A DNA stretch of 64,000 nucleotides, taken from NCBI GenBank assembly GCA_031385045.1, contig JANNBC010000024.1:96001-160000 (forward strand), in the 5' to 3' direction. Below, piece after piece: positions 60,317 to 64,000 of the stretch. The notes beneath the pieces were generated by a model. It was not told the DNA's origin. It worked only from the letters and a program-made list of their open reading frames with translations, and made no database searches. This DNA is from a bacterium. Its GTDB lineage: Bacteria > Bdellovibrionota_C > UBA2361 > CALJRW01. The position numbers were made by a program, and so were the translations under genes. Numbering within the stretch: the stretch's first letter is position 1; each line of letters starts with the position of its first letter.

Positions 60317-61585
60317 CTAGGATTTAATTTTTGATAATTTATTTTTAACTTCTTGGGGAAGGGCGATCCATTGTTTTTTAATCTCGGTTGTATTTTTTAA
60401 AATTGTTTGAAAAATAGTATCCATGTCCCTCAGGTTTTTACTCTGCCCTTGTTCGTTAATTACTTTTAGTGATTGATGACTGTCTTCTACAAAACGATCT
60501 ACGCTGGATATTTCAAGTAAATAATACTCCGGATCTAAGCCACAAGCGACAACGGCGGTTCGCGCTTGGTGCAGAATTGTTGGATAGTCTTCGGAATTAT
60601 CAATTCCAATTGTTTTGTAGAGCCTTCGATTTAAAATACGCTCTGCTAAATCCTTCACAATTACATCTTTACTCTCGCCCCAGTGAATTAGATGATAGCG
60701 CCACCAAGATTCGCGCATAGCAAAAATTGTTGAGACCGAAAGATCGTTAGCACTCTTGGCAGATAGAACTTGCTCCATAATTGGATCGGCAAAGTAATTA
60801 GAGCGATCCACTGAGCGCAAGCGCTTCACTAAAATTGACAATAATTTATCTGCCGCCAATAAGACTCGGTGCTGATAGACTTGTTTGTACATAGCATGCC
60901 GGGAGACAGCAAAGTGCATCATCGAATCTAGACGGTTCGCTTCCAGAGCTAAGAAATTATTCTGGTCAATTGTGATTGAATTTATTAAGGCGCTAATATT
61001 ATATTTGCCATAAGAGACCCCAGCTAAAACGCTATCGGCGATACACCAGTTTCCGCGATCTACATTCCATCCTCCACCCGAAATTATTTGCCAAGTCCAG
61101 GATGGTAAGCTTGGATCTTCCGAAAGGATCTGACAAACTAGTTTTGATAAATTGGAATCTACAGCATTGAGAATTTTTTGAATTTCGGGGTCTGTTTCAA
61201 TAATTGATAAAGCTATTTTTTCATGTTGATCTTTTTGATTTGGAAACCAAACTTTGAAAGCAGTATGGGAGCCTGGTGCTAGATGGCCAATATCGTGTAA
61301 AAGTGCGGCAACAGCAATGGCTGGAGCATACTCATTTACGACTGGAAATTCCTCTGCCAGTTTTTTTAATAAGCGACAAGCTAGGTGAGCAACTCCGAGG
61401 CTGTGACCAAAGCGGGAATGTTCTGAAAACATGTATACTAATCGAGTATTTCCGGTCTGGCTAATATCTCGAAGCCTTTGAACCCATGGGGTGTCAATTA
61501 GCTCTAAAACAAGCTTTTCAGCTAGGATTTTGGAATTAAATTGTAATTCCTCCGTAACAACATCAGCAAAAGTGATTTTTGACAC
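60317..61585 (-). CDS. HD-domain phosphohydrolase (dNTPase-like family)
   Basis: QRLRDISQ, HSRFGHSLGV, LLHDIGH, MYKQVYQH. Confidence 0.85.
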   Translation of the reverse strand: MSKITFADVVTEELQFNSKILAEKLVLELIDTPWVQRLRDISQTGNTRLVYMFSEHSRFGHSLGVAHLACRLLKKLAEEFPVVNEYAPAIAVAALLHDIGHLAPGSHTAFKVWFPNQKDQHEKIALSIIETDPEIQKILNAVDSNLSKLVCQILSEDPSLPSWTWQIISGGGWNVDRGNWCIADSVLAGVSYGKYNISALINSITIDQNNFLALEANRLDSMMHFAVSRHAMYKQVYQHRVLLAADKLLSILVKRLRSVDRSNYFADPIMEQVLSAKSANDLSVSTIFAMRESWWRYHLIHWGESKDVIVKDLAERILNRRLYKTIGIDNSEDYPTILHQARTAVVACGLDPEYYLLEISSVDRFVEDSHQSLKVINEQGQSKNLRDMDTIFQTILKNTTEIKKQWIALPQEVKNKLSKIKS

Positions 61586-61887
61586 AAAAAAAGCTTAAAA
61601 AAATACAAAAAAGTGACGATGAGAATCTACGATACTGTAGAAACAGGCAAAATCTGATTTTTAAAACTAGCCCAAGTTTTAAATCCGAAGTTTATTCCAA
61701 GCTTTGGATTAGAACGAGAGGTGAGGGATGTCTTCAGTTTGTCTGTCATAACTATAGAGTATTTAGTGTTAATTTTCAAAACTTCAAAACCTTAGGTTTA
61801 AAGGCTTGAGTAGGTGTATATTGCCTCGTTTTCGAGGCGTTTAGTCTACTGCTTTGGCTTTAAGGTGTGGGAGTGAGGTAATGTTGT

Positions 61888-62382
61888 ATGAATAATTCAA
61901 GATTTGATTCCCGTGGCTACGATATTAGTTATATCCGTAATGATTTGGCCTTTAAGAATTCTCCTGAACGAGATTTAGTGATTGCCAGGAGAACTGCCTT
62001 TGTTGCTCGTTTTATCGTGCTGAGAGAGACCAAGAATAGTCATGCACATCGAACTATTGAATTATTAGAATGGGATGAGCTTACAACCGCAGAAGAGTTA
62101 GCGGAAAAATTTAGACTGGCTTTTGTTAAAAACCAAGACAATATTAAACAAGTTGATCGTGATTTAAAAAGATCTTTGGCCCATGGCAATCGAACCTTGC
62201 AGTATTTTATTGCCGAATATGTTAAGCGCGCGACTCTAACATTTGCAGAAGCCTTAGCAGATTATCATAAGTCAAATCAATTGCTCTTTGGAGAGGAGGA
62301 GAAACCTAGTAGTAGTGCTTGGGCAACGGTTGATAGTATCCGTTATCGCAAAACACAAATATTGCTAGCTCCAAAAAAGTAA
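61888..62382 (+). CDS. Hypothetical protein
   Basis: 164-aa ORF with GAGG SD. Confidence 0.7.
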   Translation: MNNSRFDSRGYDISYIRNDLAFKNSPERDLVIARRTAFVARFIVLRETKNSHAHRTIELLEWDELTTAEELAEKFRLAFVKNQDNIKQVDRDLKRSLAHGNRTLQYFIAEYVKRATLTFAEALADYHKSNQLLFGEEEKPSSSAWATVDSIRYRKTQILLAPKK

Positions 62383-62401
62383 GTATCTAGATCTGAAATT
62401 T

Positions 62402-62893
62402 TTAAGCTACTAACTGCAGGTGAGAAAATTGATTACCAACAATTAGCTCAATTTCTTCAATTAAAGATCCAATGGCATAAGCCCAGAGGTATTGTCCACT
62501 GCGATTTCCAGTAATCACTTCAGCAATTGATTCTTTATCTTCAATTCTATGTTTTAGAAATAAGCTCTTCCCATCAGTAATCAACATCATGTCTACGGGA
62601 TTAGAAATTAATTTAGGCATTCTTTTTCGAAGATAATCGATACCTTCACGGAAACGGTTTACTGGAAGACCTTCAGATTTCATTCGGAATAGCCAACAAA
62701 GTAAGATTAAGTCGGAATAAGTATATTTATTTCTTCCACGGCTACTAGATTGTCCAGAGCAGGGAACTAAGCTAGTTCTCGCATAGTAGTTTAGTAGGGC
62801 GAGACCAATTTTTTCAGTGTTTCCAGTAAGTGATCTCAAGATTGATTGCACTTCTTTAGCTGTAAACTCTAAATCTCTTATTCTATACTTCAT
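62402..62893 (-). CDS. MerR-like winged-helix DNA-binding protein
   Basis: FTAKEV...LNYYARTSLV...RNKYTYSDL...GLP. Confidence 0.65.
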   Translation of the reverse strand: MKYRIRDLEFTAKEVQSILRSLTGNTEKIGLALLNYYARTSLVPCSGQSSSRGRNKYTYSDLILLCWLFRMKSEGLPVNRFREGIDYLRKRMPKLISNPVDMMLITDGKSLFLKHRIEDKESIAEVITGNRSGQYLWAYAIGSLIEEIELIVGNQFSHLQLVA

Positions 62894-63173
62894 GAAACGT
62901 CCCAGAAAAATTTTTTTGCATTAAGCCAAAATCACCCAGCTAAACTCCCAGTTCCATTTGAGATCTGATATATTAACTATGACTTTGCTTGTAGTTTAAC
63001 AACAATACTGACTTTCCAATATCTTTGTGCAGCAAAGAGGATCAGTAACATTGCTAGACAATTGGATTATATGAACAACACAGAATAAATTAGACATTTC
63101 CAGTTCTCCTGTCAATTAGTGAAATATAGTGTTCCTTTAAGTCTTTTCGCAAAGCGAAAAAAGCGGACACTAT

Positions 63174-63231
63174 ATCCCGCCGTAGCTATATCTAATTAAA
63201 AGACTTTTAATTAGATATAGCGAAGGAGGAT
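63174..63231 (+). repeat. REP-like palindrome, copy 3, with an expanded perfect hairpin
   Basis: CGCCGTAGC...GCGAAGGAGG enclosing GCTATATCTAATTAAAAG-A-CTTTTAATTAGATATAGC. Confidence 0.65.
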
Positions 63232-63277
63232 TCAGCGCATTATCAAACTTTATGGGTATGTTTTGAGATTCCTCTAT

Positions 63278-63991
63278 TTATGGCTTCCTACTTAACCGTA
63301 AAAAAACCGGCACTGTACTAAACCCAACAATAGAATCTGCTAATTTTCCATTCTGATAAAAATAATATTGAGTGGAACTACCTCCATCAAGGTTTAGGGC
63401 ATCTTGGCAAACAACTTCTTTGGATAATAAAATTCTTTGTAGGTTAGGAAAGCTAATGACTTCCGTTTTATTGGTAATATACAAAATTAATTCTCTTTCT
63501 TTATTTAGGCAGAGGCCGCTTCGTCGTTCTGCTAAATCAGCATTTTTCATTGATAGGATTTGACCTCCAGCAATGATCCTAGGACCAGCTTGGAGTGCCA
63601 AGTCATAGCTGGCTAGATGAGCAATAGGGAATTGATCACGGTGCTTAATTGCTAAAAAACCATTTCTTTTGACTAAGATGCCGGTCAGCACGCTACCACC
63701 CTGGTGCAGTTTATTCTGAATCTGACCATGCTCTAGAAGTAAACCTAGTGGTTTAAAATCTGTATCGAAAAAGCTGGCATTTACTAGGAGCTCAGTTGAT
63801 TTAGGAATTTCCTCTGTGGAATCATTAGATAACTTCTTAATACTGATATCAAATTTATTTAAGTTTGTTTTATAAAGAATTAAGCCTTCTTGCTCACGCT
63901 TCCAAAGATCCTCCTCTAGGAGAGACCAATCTGATGCCCAAGTTTGATTAGTGAATGCCATTATTAATAAGATCAACAGCAGTTTTTTCAC
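63278..63991 (-). CDS. Phosphodiester glycosidase (NAGPA/DUF2233) family protein
   Basis: Signal peptide, VNASFF, LQAGP, RSG, DALNLDGGSST. Confidence 0.82.
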   Translation of the reverse strand: MKKLLLILLIMAFTNQTWASDWSLLEEDLWKREQEGLILYKTNLNKFDISIKKLSNDSTEEIPKSTELLVNASFFDTDFKPLGLLLEHGQIQNKLHQGGSVLTGILVKRNGFLAIKHRDQFPIAHLASYDLALQAGPRIIAGGQILSMKNADLAERRSGLCLNKERELILYITNKTEVISFPNLQRILLSKEVVCQDALNLDGGSSTQYYFYQNGKLADSIVGFSTVPVFLRLSRKP

Positions 63992-64000
63992 ATTAAGGTT

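Noticed and set aside
61579..61809. 76-aa ORF between the HD gene and the 61888 gene
   Set aside because: Non-ATG start overlapping the divergent gene start and no motif; this is probably promoter DNA.

Overview
This is a 64-kb AT-rich chromosomal segment from a Gram-negative (LPS-producing) bacterium. Housekeeping content includes the end of an RND efflux operon, leuS, three stand-alone tRNAs (Ile-GAT, Asp-GTC, Ala-TGC), cca, msrA, htpX, a Xer-type recombinase, pdhAB, mlaA, gmhA, fliA behind a sigma54/IHF promoter, oleA-oleBC-oleD, lipid A genes (waaA, lpxK, DUF374 acyltransferase, a fused lpxB-msbA) and riboflavin genes. Two accessory regions stand out. The first is a decaying glycosyltransferase cluster (~4.9-10.8 kb) beside the 3' end of tRNA-Ile. 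The second, at ~37-47.7 kb, holds four paralogous ankyrin-repeat + PcfJ-domain proteins, a small Pro-rich peptide gene, a DOT1-like methyltransferase and orphan genes; it is the best candidate for an undescribed system. Other oddities are a tRNA-Asp flanked by its own 5' and 3' fragments with hairpins, a REP-like palindrome family, a lipoprotein with three SLT domains all lacking the catalytic Glu, and a long-hairpin ncRNA candidate upstream of fliA. No CRISPR array, rRNA or transposase was seen. All family assignments come from motif recognition by eye; no database searches were run.
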